NCBI GenBank assembly: GCA_022821905.1
Contig: JAJECS010000025.1
Location: 41,468-105,467, forward strand
From: Chloroflexota bacterium
GTDB lineage: Bacteria > Chloroflexota > UBA11872
Reading direction: 5' to 3'
Length of the DNA: 64,000 nt
Under the pieces are notes generated by a model. It ran no database searches, was not told the DNA's origin, and worked only from the letters and a program-made list of their open reading frames with translations. Positions 26,242 through 36,655 of the stretch are shown piece by piece. The translations under genes were made by a program, and so were the position numbers. How positions within the stretch are numbered: position 1 is the stretch's first letter; every line of letters starts with the position of its first letter.

Positions 26242-26538
26242 GTGTACAGCTAGGCCTTGACGCTTTCGAATGTAAGGTGCGCCTTGCCAGATTAACGGGG
26301 TCTTAGCTCTGTTCTCCTTCTAGGACGTGCTCTTGACGAAGATGGGTGGGGCCTAAGCAGTCATCGCCGTTGCGCAAATGCGAGGGACTACCCGCCCATA
26401 TCAACGTCCACGGTCTTTCAAGCTGCTGCATGCCAGCCAGACCAAGAATCCGCGCTTGGCCCAGCGTACCCGACGCCCGCTCCCGCACACGGGTACCATG
26501 CGCGGCACGTGGGGACGGTGCGGCTTGGGGGAACGGTG

Positions 26539-28641
26539 ATGGCGCAGGACAACAGATTCGGCATCCCCGGCGTGCCGTTTCCCGTCGGGGTGGAGTACTA
26601 CCGCCCGCCCACGCCCAAGCCCGAGGTCTGGGACGAAGACTTCGCGCGGCTGAGCGCCGCCGGGCTGCGCATCGTGCGCTCGTTCCCTTACTGGCAGTGG
26701 TTCGAGCCGAGCCCGGGCGTCTATGAGATGGACGACATCGACCTGCTCTTCGACACCGCCGAGAAGCACGGGCTCTACGTCTGGCTCGACGTGCCCACGG
26801 CCACGCACGGCGCCGGTCCGGACTGGTTGCTGCGCCACTTTCCCGACATGCGGGTCGTCAACTACCTCAACGAGCCGGTCGTGCAGGACGCGCACCCGGC
26901 CTATGCCCAGGGCGCCCAGGTCCATTGCTTCGATCATCCCGAGTTTCGCCGCCTGGCCGGCGACTTCCTGCGGCACGCCATCAACCGCTACAAGGACCGG
27001 CCCAATCTTCTGATCTGGGGCATCTGGGACGGGCCGAACCTGTCATCGGCCTGGGCGGCCCAGGGCGGCGGCTTTCCCTGCTATTGCGTGCACACGCTGG
27101 CGCTGTACAAGGCGTGGCTGCGGGAGCAGTTCACCCTGGACGAGTTGAATGCGGTGTTCAGCCGCCGCTTCCGCCGCTGGGAGGACGTCGAGCCGCCGCG
27201 ATCCAACCGCAACGTCGTCGAGATGCGCTGGTACCGGCGCTTCCATCACGAAAACATCGCCGACTACCTGAAGTGGATGATGGACCTGGCGAACTCCATC
27301 GATCCGATGCACGAGAAGCGCGCCCACGGCGGCTGGCGGCCGCAGCCGAAGGATGAATACTGCGCGCCCCTGGTGGACAGCTGGGGCATGTCCATGTCGT
27401 CCAACCACCTGCTGACCGTGGACGATCCGAACCTGATCGCCGACCGGGCCCTTGGCTTCGACTGGTCGCGCCAGGTGGGCCGCAACGGGCGGTGGTGGAA
27501 CGAGGAGATCTACGCCGGCATGTCGCGCGGGGGCGTCACCTGGAAGAAGCAATCGCATCCATGCGAGCAGACCATGCTGCTCTGGATGACGCTCATCGGC
27601 GGCGCGGCGGGCGTCATGTTCTGGCAGTACCGGCCGGAGTACCTGAGCTTCGAGTCGCCGGGCTACAACATGGTGGCCCTGGACGGCGAGCCGACGCCTC
27701 GCTTCCGGGCGGTGGTCGAGGCCCTGGAGCAGATCGAGGGACTGAGCGACCACCTGCCGATGGAGGTTCCGCAGGCCGACGTGGCGATCGTCTATGACGC
27801 CCACTCGCACGAGCTGTTCCAGTTCAACGAGAAGGACGAGCGCTTCATGGCCGACTTCCGCGGCGTCTACCGCACGCTCTGGCTGCGGGGCATTCCGGCT
27901 GACCCGGTGACGCCCAAGATGGACTGGTCCGGCTACCGGCTGCTGGTGCTGCCGAACGTGGCGCTGATGGACGATGCCACGCGGGACCGTCTGGCGCGCA
28001 CGCTGGACGAGAACCCGGAGACGCAGGTACTGATCGAGGGCAGCTTCGGGACGTACCAGCACGACGGCCAGTCCAGCTACAACCCGCCGGAGGGCTTTGC
28101 CGACCGGATCGGCGTGCGGGTGGCGGACCTCTCGGCGGTGAGCGAAAGCGACATCGCGAACGGGCGGAACGTCCTCGAGACGCCGCACGGCCCGGTTCCC
28201 GTCACCACTTCGTGCGGCTACGCCCTCCTCGAGCCGCAGGGCTCGACCCAGGCCATCGCGCGCATCGGCGATGACACCGTGGCCGTGCGCACCGGCGACG
28301 GTCGCATCACGTGGTACGGCCTCACCCTGTCGGCGGGATTTGATGATGTCGCCATTCCCGCCGTCGTGCAGGCGGCGGCTGACGCTGCGGGCGTGAGCGC
28401 TCCGGTCGCGGTCGACGGCGACCCGATCGTGCCGGTCCTGCGGCGCTCGCGGCAGGGCGGCCGGCTCGTCTTCGTGCAGAACCTGTCGCGGCAGCCGGCC
28501 TCGGCCACGCTGCGACCGGCTTGGCCGGTGTCGGAGGTCACGGACCTCATCGCCCATGCCCCGGTCGCCGTCGAGGACAACGGATTCCAGGTCACCATGG
28601 AACCCTGGAGCGTCGGCGTCTTCCACTGCGACGAGGCATAG
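26539..28641 (+). CDS. Glycoside hydrolase family 42-like beta-galactosidase
   Basis: GVEYYRPPTPKPEVWDEDFARLSAAGLRIVRSFPYWQWFEPSPGVYEMDDIDLLFDTAEKHGLYVWL. About 700 aa with a three-domain length. ATG at 26539 follows GGGGGA. Confidence 0.8.
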   Translation: MAQDNRFGIPGVPFPVGVEYYRPPTPKPEVWDEDFARLSAAGLRIVRSFPYWQWFEPSPGVYEMDDIDLLFDTAEKHGLYVWLDVPTATHGAGPDWLLRHFPDMRVVNYLNEPVVQDAHPAYAQGAQVHCFDHPEFRRLAGDFLRHAINRYKDRPNLLIWGIWDGPNLSSAWAAQGGGFPCYCVHTLALYKAWLREQFTLDELNAVFSRRFRRWEDVEPPRSNRNVVEMRWYRRFHHENIADYLKWMMDLANSIDPMHEKRAHGGWRPQPKDEYCAPLVDSWGMSMSSNHLLTVDDPNLIADRALGFDWSRQVGRNGRWWNEEIYAGMSRGGVTWKKQSHPCEQTMLLWMTLIGGAAGVMFWQYRPEYLSFESPGYNMVALDGEPTPRFRAVVEALEQIEGLSDHLPMEVPQADVAIVYDAHSHELFQFNEKDERFMADFRGVYRTLWLRGIPADPVTPKMDWSGYRLLVLPNVALMDDATRDRLARTLDENPETQVLIEGSFGTYQHDGQSSYNPPEGFADRIGVRVADLSAVSESDIANGRNVLETPHGPVPVTTSCGYALLEPQGSTQAIARIGDDTVAVRTGDGRITWYGLTLSAGFDDVAIPAVVQAAADAAGVSAPVAVDGDPIVPVLRRSRQGGRLVFVQNLSRQPASATLRPAWPVSEVTDLIAHAPVAVEDNGFQVTMEPWSVGVFHCDEA

Positions 28642-28662
28642 CCCGAGGAAGGGATAGCGCCA

Positions 28663-29961
28663 ATGCCGGTTGAAGGCGACTACGCCTGCTACAGCAAGGA
28701 CTGGCGGCGCACGGACCCGGATCTGGTGCTGCAGCTGCCCACGCGGGTGCCGGAACACCCCGAGCACCAGGACCACGTGCTGGTGGACTTCACGCCGGGC
28801 GGTGACCTGCTCGCCATCTGGACCATCGCCTACGAGCATGACGCCCGCGACTACGGCGTCTACTTCGCCCGCAGCTCGGACCACGGCCACACCTGGACCG
28901 AGCCCGCGCAGATTCACGAGGCCGGGCCGGCCGGCCAGGTGAGCAGCTTCGGCTTTCCCGTCATTACTTCCAGCGGGCGGATCTACTGCTACTACAACCG
29001 CTCGGTGGGCTACGGCGAGAACGCGCTCAACGCCGTGCTCCGCTGCCGCTACTCGGATGACGACGGCCACACCTGGATCGACGGGGACGTCGACATCGAG
29101 TACCGCCGCACGCCCATCGACCACCCCGACCCGACCGTGCCGCCGATGGGGATCGTCTGGCAGAAGCCGATCCGCGATGCCAGGGGACGGCACGTCGTGG
29201 CGCTCACCCGCTGGGCCGCGCAGTACATCACGCCCAAGCCCTATGTGCCGCACATGGGCGACCGGCCCAACGGCATGTTCCGCGAGTTTCGCTGTGAATT
29301 CCTGCGCTTCGACAACATCGACGACGGCCCGCATCCCAAGGACGTGCAGATCACCTGGCTGCCAGAGGACGAGAACCTGATCCAGGTGCCGGTCAGCTTC
29401 GAGCCGCAGGCGTCCGACGGCTATACCTTCTGTGAGGAACCCGGGCTGGTGCTTCTGCCGGACGGACGCCTCTTCGCCGAGATGCGCACCGCCAACGGCG
29501 AGCTCTGGTACACGGTGTCCGACGACGCCGAAGCCCTCACCTGGCGACCCACCGAGGTGCTGCGCTTCAACGACGGCGGCGAGCCCATGCTCAACCCGAA
29601 TTCACCCTCGCCGATGTATCGGCTGGAGGACGGGCGCTATCTGCTGCTCTTCCAGAACCATGATGGGTGGGGCTACGGCGGCAAGGGCCCGCTGGCGCTG
29701 GAGAGCCGTCGCCCGCAATTCATGGCCGTCGGCGAGTACCGGCCGGACGCCCATCAGCCGGTGTGGTTCAGCGAGCCGCTGCTGCTGTTCGACACGCAAA
29801 AGGTCGGCGTGTTCCCGCTCTACATGTGGTGGCTGTCCATGTACTCCAGCCTCACCGAGCGCGACGGGCGCCGCATCCTCTGGTACACCGACCGCAAGCT
29901 GTTCGCACTGGGCAAGTACATCACCGACGAGATGCTGGCGCCTCTGACCGTCCCGGAGTGA
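28663..29961 (+). CDS. BNR-repeat sialidase-like beta-propeller glycosidase, paralog B
   Basis: SSDHGHTW and SDDDGHTW BNR motifs. 21 nt downstream of GH42, preceded by GAGGAAGGGA. Confidence 0.8.
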   Translation: MPVEGDYACYSKDWRRTDPDLVLQLPTRVPEHPEHQDHVLVDFTPGGDLLAIWTIAYEHDARDYGVYFARSSDHGHTWTEPAQIHEAGPAGQVSSFGFPVITSSGRIYCYYNRSVGYGENALNAVLRCRYSDDDGHTWIDGDVDIEYRRTPIDHPDPTVPPMGIVWQKPIRDARGRHVVALTRWAAQYITPKPYVPHMGDRPNGMFREFRCEFLRFDNIDDGPHPKDVQITWLPEDENLIQVPVSFEPQASDGYTFCEEPGLVLLPDGRLFAEMRTANGELWYTVSDDAEALTWRPTEVLRFNDGGEPMLNPNSPSPMYRLEDGRYLLLFQNHDGWGYGGKGPLALESRRPQFMAVGEYRPDAHQPVWFSEPLLLFDTQKVGVFPLYMWWLSMYSSLTERDGRRILWYTDRKLFALGKYITDEMLAPLTVPE

Positions 29962-30013
29962 CACCCGCGCGGCGCCTCCCCGCGGACGCCGCGAGGGGCC
30001 CGAAACATACAAG

Positions 30014-30095
30014 AGGCGGGTCTCAAACCTGCCCGACGCCAAGCATCCGGCGTGCCTCAAGACTGACCGAACTGGATTCCGGCCTCCGCCGGAAT
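30014..30095. repeat. REP-like hairpins (gcgggtctcaaacctgc; attccggc-ctcc-gccggaat, inverted relative to 9431..9450)
   Basis: Read directly, in the intergenic region downstream of BNR paralog B. Confidence 0.6.
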
Positions 30096-30245
30096 GACGG
30101 ATGGTTTACGCATAGGACCCTGCGCGGGGACCCGCTTTGCGGTAGTGACGGTAGGGGGTAACCGCCAACGCGGACGCTCGCGGCATTGACAGAGAGCCGT
30201 GCGGGCGGTACGCCGTAGACGCACCAATGCAGAGATCAGCGCCCG

Positions 30246-31085
30246 ATGTATAGCCGGATCAAGCGCCGCGCCTACGAGATCGTCGAGCCGACGCCGGAAG
30301 GCGACCGCCCGAGCCACATCTTCGACATGGCCCTCATCGCGCTCCTATCGCTCAACTTGCTGGCGATTGCGCTCGAGACGATCGCGCCCTTGGAAGAACG
30401 GGCCGGCGGCGCTTTCCTCGTATTCGAGATCGTCTCCGTCGCGATCTTCACCGCGGAATACCTGGTGCGCGTGTGGGCCTGCACGGAGGACCCGGCCTAC
30501 GCCCACCCGGTGAAGGGACGGCTCCGGTTTGCGGTCCAGCCGTTGGTGCTGATGGACTTGATCGCCATCCTGCCGTTCTACATTCCGCTGCTCGTGACCA
30601 CCGACCTGCGATTCGTGCGCTCGCTGCGGCTCCTCCGGGTGTTCCGACTGGTCAAGATCACGCGCTACTCCGAGTCGGTGGAGATCATCGGCGCAGTCCT
30701 TCGCAGCCGCAAGAACGCCCTGCTTTCCACGCTGTTCGTCACCTTCATTCTCCTGTTCATGGCGTCTGTGCTGATGTACCTGGCCGAGCGCGAGGCGCAG
30801 CCCGAGGGCTTTTCGAGCATCCCCGCCGCCATGTGGTGGGGCATGGTGACGCTGACCACGGTGGGCTACGGCGACCTGGCGCCGGCGACGCCGCTCGGTC
30901 GCATCCTGGGCGCCGTGGTTGCGCTCTTTGGCATCGGGCTTTTTGCCTTGCCCGCCGGCATTCTGGGGTCGGCGTTCGTCGACGAACTCGAGGCCCGGCG
31001 GGAGGCACGGCGCAGCGAAGCGCAAGCCCAAACGTGCCCCCACTGCGGCAAACCGATCGGCGACCACGCCGTGTCGGAGACGTGA
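30246..31085 (+). CDS. Voltage-gated (6-TM, Kv-type) potassium channel
   Basis: S4-like RFVRSLRLLRVFRLVKITR and selectivity filter TLTTVGYGD. Confidence 0.9.
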   Translation: MYSRIKRRAYEIVEPTPEGDRPSHIFDMALIALLSLNLLAIALETIAPLEERAGGAFLVFEIVSVAIFTAEYLVRVWACTEDPAYAHPVKGRLRFAVQPLVLMDLIAILPFYIPLLVTTDLRFVRSLRLLRVFRLVKITRYSESVEIIGAVLRSRKNALLSTLFVTFILLFMASVLMYLAEREAQPEGFSSIPAAMWWGMVTLTTVGYGDLAPATPLGRILGAVVALFGIGLFALPAGILGSAFVDELEARREARRSEAQAQTCPHCGKPIGDHAVSET

Positions 31086-31136
31086 CCGTGAGTGCGTTGG
31101 TACCCTCGGGCGTTCCGCGCGCGCGAGAGTTCCGCC

Positions 31137-31985
31137 ATGACGCCTGACGCGCCCATCGTCGTCGACGCCCACAACCACTACTGGGTGATTGGGCAGTCCC
31201 ATCTGCCCTGGATGGACGACACGATGCCCGACACCCTGCGCCAGACCTACACCCCGTCCACCCTCAAACCGCACATGGACGCGGTGGGGGTGCATCGCTC
31301 GGTGATCGTCGAGGCGAGCACGGCGTGGGCCGAGCAGCCCTGGTACCTGGACCTCTGCGACGAATACGACTTCGTCGTCGGCGTGATCGCCAACCTGGAT
31401 CTCACCGCCTCGGACCTCGAAGCGAAGCTGGATCAGCTGGCGACCAGCCCATGGTTCAAGGGCCTGCGCGCCGGCGCCGAGAACATGCCCGACACCGCCT
31501 GGCTGGCCCGCGACGACGTGCGCCGGGGTATCCGCACGGTGGTCTCGCGGGGGTACATCGTGGAGCTGCTGGTGAAAACGCCGCACCTGCCCCACGTCCC
31601 GGCGATCGCGCGGGAAAACGACGGCGGGAAGCTGATTGTGGATCACATGGCCAAGCCGCCGTTCGAATCGGGCGACCTATCCGCATGGCGCGAGGGCATG
31701 ATCGCGCTGGCGCCCTACGAGCACCTGCGGGTCAAGGTCTCGGGGCTGCTCACCGAATGCCCCTCGGCGCCAACCACGGCAACCATCCAGCCGGCGGTCG
31801 ACACCGTGCTCGACGCGTTTGACATCGACCGGCTGATCTGGGGCAGCGACTGGCCGGTGGCCCTGATGGCCGCCCCCTACGAGGACACGTTCCAGCGAGT
31901 CACCGCCGCGCTGGGCGCGTTGAGCCCCAACGAAAGAGCGGCCGTGTTGGGCGGAAATGCGGTGGACTTCTACCAACTGTCGTGA
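31137..31985 (+). CDS. Amidohydrolase-2 family protein (lactonase/decarboxylase-type, e.g. L-fuconolactonase-like)
   Basis: IVVDAHNHYW...; IVDHMAKPP; WGSDWPV motifs. ATG at 31137 lies inside track ORF 31092..31985. Confidence 0.75.
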   Translation: MTPDAPIVVDAHNHYWVIGQSHLPWMDDTMPDTLRQTYTPSTLKPHMDAVGVHRSVIVEASTAWAEQPWYLDLCDEYDFVVGVIANLDLTASDLEAKLDQLATSPWFKGLRAGAENMPDTAWLARDDVRRGIRTVVSRGYIVELLVKTPHLPHVPAIARENDGGKLIVDHMAKPPFESGDLSAWREGMIALAPYEHLRVKVSGLLTECPSAPTTATIQPAVDTVLDAFDIDRLIWGSDWPVALMAAPYEDTFQRVTAALGALSPNERAAVLGGNAVDFYQLS

Positions 31986-32007
31986 GCGCGCCGGAAGCGG
32001 CCGCCGC

Positions 32008-33078
32008 GTGCACGCGACCGTGCGTGCAACCGTAGCGTCGCGATCCGCCGCTCTCGTTCGGGCGGTCGCGCTTGGCGTTGCCCTGCTCGCCCTGCTTGGC
32101 GTGGCCGCGTGCGGGCAAGACGCGCCTCCCGTCGAGACGTGCACGGATGACGATCGCACGCTGACCGTTGGGTTCTACGCCTTCTTTGCCCCGGTGAGCT
32201 ACAGCGCCGATGAAGACCCAGCTTCTGCCGCATTCGACACGCACCGCGGCTATGAAGCCGATCTGCTGACGGCGCTCGAAGCCATGGACGGCGTGGGGCT
32301 GTCGTTTGCCCGCCGCGGCATCGCGGTCTGGGACGGCATCTGGCTGCGATCCGCCGGCCCGGACTACGATCTAATCGGCGGCGGGATCACGATCCTCGAC
32401 TCGCGCACCCGAGACGCCGCCGGCCGGCCAGCGGTCGTCTTTACGTCCGGCCACATCACGTTTCGCCAGTCGCTGCTGGTGCGCGCCGCCGACGCCGAGC
32501 GCCTGGCCGGCTACGACGACTTACGGCAGGACGTTCGCGTCGGGGCGCTGGCCGGGACCACGGGAGAGGCTCGCTTGCTGGAGATCGCGGGCTTCGTAGA
32601 CGCCCAGGGCGCGCTGGCCGCCGGGACGCGCGTCGAAACCCCGCGCGGCACGATCGTCGCCGATGGCAGTGCGGATTACGCTATCACCGCCGCCGGCGCG
32701 TCACCGAACCTCGACGGCCGCCGACGGCTTGATCCACCGTCAGCCAACCTGCCCCAGGTCATCTACCTCGGGGACGAATCCGGCGATATTGAGTTGTTCG
32801 AGGCCCTGGGCGACGGCCGGATCGACGCCGTGGCCGGAGGGGACATCGGCAATCGCGACGCCGCCCACGCTTCCGACGGCGCCTTCGCCGTCACGGCGCT
32901 CGACGCAGAGGTCGAGCACGGCGGCTTTACGCTGGCTGTCGAAGACGCGGCGCTGGCCGCCTGCCTCGACGAGCGAATCGGCTGGCTGACGGACAACCGA
33001 CGCATCGGCTATGCCGAGTGGCTCGACGACCGTACGGTCTTCATGCGCCGTGGCGAGCTTTGGAGTGCTGGAGCGTGA
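32008..33078 (+). CDS. Lipoprotein, family-3 solute-binding-protein-like
   Basis: Signal/lipobox AVALGVALLALLGVAAC. LTVGFYAFFAPVSY...GYEADLL and the periplasmic-binding pattern are present. Start is uncertain (GTG at 32008 vs 31957). Confidence 0.6.
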   Translation: MHATVRATVASRSAALVRAVALGVALLALLGVAACGQDAPPVETCTDDDRTLTVGFYAFFAPVSYSADEDPASAAFDTHRGYEADLLTALEAMDGVGLSFARRGIAVWDGIWLRSAGPDYDLIGGGITILDSRTRDAAGRPAVVFTSGHITFRQSLLVRAADAERLAGYDDLRQDVRVGALAGTTGEARLLEIAGFVDAQGALAAGTRVETPRGTIVADGSADYAITAAGASPNLDGRRRLDPPSANLPQVIYLGDESGDIELFEALGDGRIDAVAGGDIGNRDAAHASDGAFAVTALDAEVEHGGFTLAVEDAALAACLDERIGWLTDNRRIGYAEWLDDRTVFMRRGELWSAGA

Positions 33079-33190
33079 CGATTCAACCTGCGGCCAGCAC
33101 ACGCCGTGGTGGATGCCAACGCCATGACCTTCTACGATCTGGGCTGAGCAGCAGCGGCGTAACGACCAGCGCGAAGAAGGCAGTTTGATC

Positions 33191-34762
33191 ATGACGCGCC
33201 TGACAAAGCGGCAGTTCCTGCGCCTGGTCGGCTCGGCCGCCGGCGTGGCCGCGACCTACCACACCATGAACACGCTGGGCCTGCTGGGTCCGGAGAGCGC
33301 CAAGGCGGCCATGCCGGAATTGCCGGACGGCTCGGGCTTCGGCAAGCGCGTGGTGATCCTCGGCGCCGGCATCTCGGGCATGACGGCAGCCTATGAGCTA
33401 TCCAAGGCGGGCTATCACTGCACCATCCTCGAAGCCACCAACCGCGCCGGCGGCCGCAACCTGACGGCGCGCGCGGGCGACGTGATCCACGAGGTCGACA
33501 GCCGGCAGTGGGTGGACTTCGACCACGAAGACCATCTCTACGCCAACCTCGGCCCGGCGCGCATTCCCTATCACCACCGGATCATCCTTGGCTACTGCAA
33601 GGAGTTCGGCGTCGAGCTCGAGATGTTCACCAACGACAACCGCGCCGCCTTCTTCCACAACGCCGAAGGGTTTGGCGGGCAGCCCGTGGTGGGCCGCCGG
33701 GTGATGACCGATCAGCGCGGCTACATCGCCGAGTTGCTGGCCAAGGCCGTCAACCGCAATGCGCTGGACGACGAGTTGACCGCCGACGACAAAGAGCGGT
33801 TGCTCCCCATGCTCGTCGAGTTCGGCGGCCTGGACCCCGACTATCTCTACGCCGGCTCGAGCCGCGGCGGCTTTCAAGGTGAGCAGGTCCACGCCGGTTT
33901 GAGGGGCGACGGCGAGGCGAACGATCCCCTGGACTTCAGCGAGTTGCTGCGCTCGGAGTTCTGGGAATACAAGCTCCACTTCAGCCAGTTTCTCAACCAG
34001 AATCCGACCCTCTTCCAGCCCGTCGGCGGCATGGACGCCATCGCCAAGGCGTTCGAAACGCGGGTCCGGCGGATCATCCGCTACAACAGCGCTGTCGAGG
34101 AAATTCGCCAGACGGCCACCGGTGCGAGAGTCGTCTACCGGAACCAGCGTGCAGACGTGAGCCAAGCCCTCGACGCCGATTACGTGATCTGCACCATCCC
34201 CGCGACGGTCCTGAGGGACATCCCCAACGACTTCACGCCCGAGACCCAGGCCGCCATTGAGTCCGTGGCCTTCGTGCCCGCGGTCAAGATTGGATTCCAG
34301 GCTCGCCGCCGGTTCTGGGAAGACGACCACGCCATCTATGGCGGCATCTCCTGGACCGACCAGGACATCACCCAAATCTGGTATCCGGCGAACGGATACC
34401 ACCGCGAGAAGGGCGTTGTCATGGGCGCCTACATCTGGGACGACTTTCCGGGCCAGGGCGAGCGGTGGGCCAACATGACCCCGCCGGAGCGCCTGCGGAC
34501 CGCCATCGCCGAGGGCGAGCACCTCCATCCAGGCTACGCGCAGGAAATCGAGTCGGGCGTGAGCCGCGCCTGGCTCAAGGCGCCCTATCAACTGGGCGCC
34601 TGGCCCGAAAGCTACACGCCTCCCGCCGAGCTGTTGGCCCCCGACGGCGCCATCTACTTCGCCGGCGACCAGGTCACCGCGCTCCCCGGCTGGCAGGAAG
34701 GCGCCGCCCTGGCGGCGCACGCGGTGGTGAACGCCATCCACGCGCGCGCCATGGCGGGCTGA
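33191..34762 (+). CDS. Tat-exported flavin-dependent amine oxidase (L-amino-acid/monoamine oxidase family)
   Basis: Twin-arginine-like TKRQFLRLVGSAAGVAA. FAD motif VVILGAGISGMTAAYELSKAGYHCTILEATNRAGGR. C-terminal IYFAGDQ. Confidence 0.85.
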   Translation: MTRLTKRQFLRLVGSAAGVAATYHTMNTLGLLGPESAKAAMPELPDGSGFGKRVVILGAGISGMTAAYELSKAGYHCTILEATNRAGGRNLTARAGDVIHEVDSRQWVDFDHEDHLYANLGPARIPYHHRIILGYCKEFGVELEMFTNDNRAAFFHNAEGFGGQPVVGRRVMTDQRGYIAELLAKAVNRNALDDELTADDKERLLPMLVEFGGLDPDYLYAGSSRGGFQGEQVHAGLRGDGEANDPLDFSELLRSEFWEYKLHFSQFLNQNPTLFQPVGGMDAIAKAFETRVRRIIRYNSAVEEIRQTATGARVVYRNQRADVSQALDADYVICTIPATVLRDIPNDFTPETQAAIESVAFVPAVKIGFQARRRFWEDDHAIYGGISWTDQDITQIWYPANGYHREKGVVMGAYIWDDFPGQGERWANMTPPERLRTAIAEGEHLHPGYAQEIESGVSRAWLKAPYQLGAWPESYTPPAELLAPDGAIYFAGDQVTALPGWQEGAALAAHAVVNAIHARAMAG

Positions 34763-34781
34763 GGGCACGCACCCCTCGCCG

Positions 34782-35393
34782 ATGGACCGCCCGCCAGTCT
34801 GGATCGGAGCCGATCCGGGTGGAACAGGGAATTTTGGCATCGCGGAGCTGTTCGCGGACGGCACCACCAGGACCGACTGTGTGTCATCCGCGCACGAAGC
34901 TGCCAAGTGGATTGAGGGCACGCCGCGGGGCGCGGGCATCGACGCTCCCATGTGGCTGTCGTCGGCCAAACGAGGCGACCGCAAGGCTGATGTGTGCCTG
35001 CGTCGGAAGTACGGAAACACGTCGCCGGGCAAGGTCTTGGCGATCAACTCCCTGTATGGAGCCGTTCTGGCTCAAGGCGCCATGTTCGCCGTCGAGCTGC
35101 GCCGCAGGTTTCCGGAGCTACCTATCACGGAAGCTCATCCCGGCCTGTTCCTGAGAGCGCGGTTCCCAAGCGTCGACGAGCGACAGCGATTCGACGAGCT
35201 GAAACGGCACTACGGAATCCAAGCCGCCTCGGAAATCAGCGATCACGAGCGGGACGCCGTGATCGCGGCTCTCGCCGCCCGGGAGGGATTCTCCGGCAAG
35301 TGGCCGCGTGACCTGGCGTCCAAGCGCTTCCCCGAGGAGCAAGACTCGGCGACTTACTGGCTCGCGCCGATGCACTACTGGTGGTTCGAGTAG
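34782..35393 (+). CDS. DUF429 domain protein (predicted RNase-H-like nuclease)
   Basis: VWIGADPGGTGNFGIA...GIDAPMWLS...R.ADVCLR pattern, as recalled for DUF429. Confidence 0.65.
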   Translation: MDRPPVWIGADPGGTGNFGIAELFADGTTRTDCVSSAHEAAKWIEGTPRGAGIDAPMWLSSAKRGDRKADVCLRRKYGNTSPGKVLAINSLYGAVLAQGAMFAVELRRRFPELPITEAHPGLFLRARFPSVDERQRFDELKRHYGIQAASEISDHERDAVIAALAAREGFSGKWPRDLASKRFPEEQDSATYWLAPMHYWWFE

Positions 35394-35489
35394 CCGCGGA
35401 CCGCCCAGGCGTTCCGGTCCGACCCAGGCCCGAAAGCGCTGCCTTAAGATGCACCTGCCCACGCTCGCACCCATCCCCGGAGACGCCTG

Positions 35490-36389
35490 ATGGAGTTATG
35501 GAACACCGTGTGGGACGCCTTCAACGCGCCCATGTTCAGCCTGGGGGAAGAGCCCATCACGCCCCTCAGCATCGTCGTGCTGCTGGTCATCCTGGCGGTC
35601 ACCTGGATCGTTGCCGGTCGCGTGCGCTGGCTGCTCGAACGCCGCATCGGCCAGGTCGCCGGCATGCAGGAGGGCACGCTGCACGTCATCGGCGCCCTCG
35701 GCCGCTACCTGATCATCTTCGTCGGCTTCTTCGTCGGCCTCCAATCCGTCGGCCTTCAACTCGATTCTGTCCTGATCTTGTTCGGCGCCCTCGGCGTCGG
35801 CATCGGCTTCGGCTTGCAGAACATCGCCAACAACTTCGTCTCCGGCGTCATCCTCCTGTTTGAGCGCCCCGTCGAAGTCGGCGATGTCATCGAGGTGGGC
35901 GGTGAGCTTGGGACTGTCGAGCGCATCAGCATCCGCGCCACCACCCTGCGCAAGTTCGACCAGACCCAGGCCATCGTCCCCAACGGCGATCTCATCTCCG
36001 GCGTCGTCACCAACTGGACCCATGACGATCGCCGCGTGCGCGTGGACTTCATGGTCGGCGTCGCCTACGGCTCGGACACCGCCCTGGTCGAGCGCATCTT
36101 GAAGGAGCTCGTGGATGGCCATGAGAAGGTGTTGGACGACCCGGCGCCGCGCGTTCTCTTCATGGAGTTCGGCGACTCGTCGCTGAACTTCCGCATCCTG
36201 GCCTATGTGCCCGACCTCATGGATCGCCTGACCACGCAGAGCGACCTGCACTACGCCATCGACGAAGCCTTCCGGACTCACGACGTCGAAATTCCCTTCC
36301 CGCAGCGCGACCTGCACGTGCGCTCGATCGACTCCGACGCGGTGCTGCAGCACGCGCCCACCGCCACGAACGGCTCGCCGAGGGCGTAG
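35490..36389 (+). CDS. Small-conductance mechanosensitive channel (MscS family)
   Basis: NFVSGVILLFERPVEVGDVIEVGGELGTVERISIRATTLRKFDQTQAIVPNGDLI is the canonical MscS core. Confidence 0.9.
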   Translation: MELWNTVWDAFNAPMFSLGEEPITPLSIVVLLVILAVTWIVAGRVRWLLERRIGQVAGMQEGTLHVIGALGRYLIIFVGFFVGLQSVGLQLDSVLILFGALGVGIGFGLQNIANNFVSGVILLFERPVEVGDVIEVGGELGTVERISIRATTLRKFDQTQAIVPNGDLISGVVTNWTHDDRRVRVDFMVGVAYGSDTALVERILKELVDGHEKVLDDPAPRVLFMEFGDSSLNFRILAYVPDLMDRLTTQSDLHYAIDEAFRTHDVEIPFPQRDLHVRSIDSDAVLQHAPTATNGSPRA

Positions 36390-36451
36390 AGTCCCGGAGG
36401 GCGACCACCAGGGTCGCCCCTACTCGGACCTGATTGCGGCGGTGGGGACGA

Positions 36452-36573
36452 CCGCATCCGGTGGCCCGCGCTGCGTGCAGCGTGGGACCGGCCGCGGGTG
36501 GGTCTCCCAGGCTGCGCGCAGCCTGGGCCACCGGACCTCGCTCGGTGTAGGGACGGCCCTTGTGGCCGCCCGA
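36452..36573 (+). repeat. Structured 122-bp repeat, copy A (77-nt palindromic core 36458..36534 + gtaggg-hairpin module)
   Basis: 119/122 identical to 37364..37485. The core is bounded by ccggtggcc ... ggccaccgg and contains cgctgcgtgcagcg and cccaggctgcgcgcagcctggg palindromes. Confidence 0.9.
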
Positions 36574-36655
36574 ATGACCATGCTCCATCGCTGTCGGCAC
36601 CCGGCATACCGCGCTATGATATGTCCGGTTATTTTGACCGGTTGGTATCGAGCTT

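Noticed and set aside
20669-26300. Whole 20.7-26.3 kb stretch as a prophage or integrative island
   Set aside because: No integrase, recombinase, transposase or phage structural genes are present. It contains only TA pairs, an ATPase, hydrolases and orphan genes. It is better described as a patchwork of small insertions.
27043-29334. 763-aa minus-strand ORF
   Set aside because: It is antisense to the GH42 and BNR paralog B genes, which have clear family motifs, and its own product is Arg/Ala/Pro/Gly-biased with no recognisable family. The same reasoning applies to 17915..19873 (antisense to GH116), 1375..3018 (GH32), 33398..35047 (amine oxidase), 5381..6952, 11911..13017, 35496..36353 and 30345..31646.
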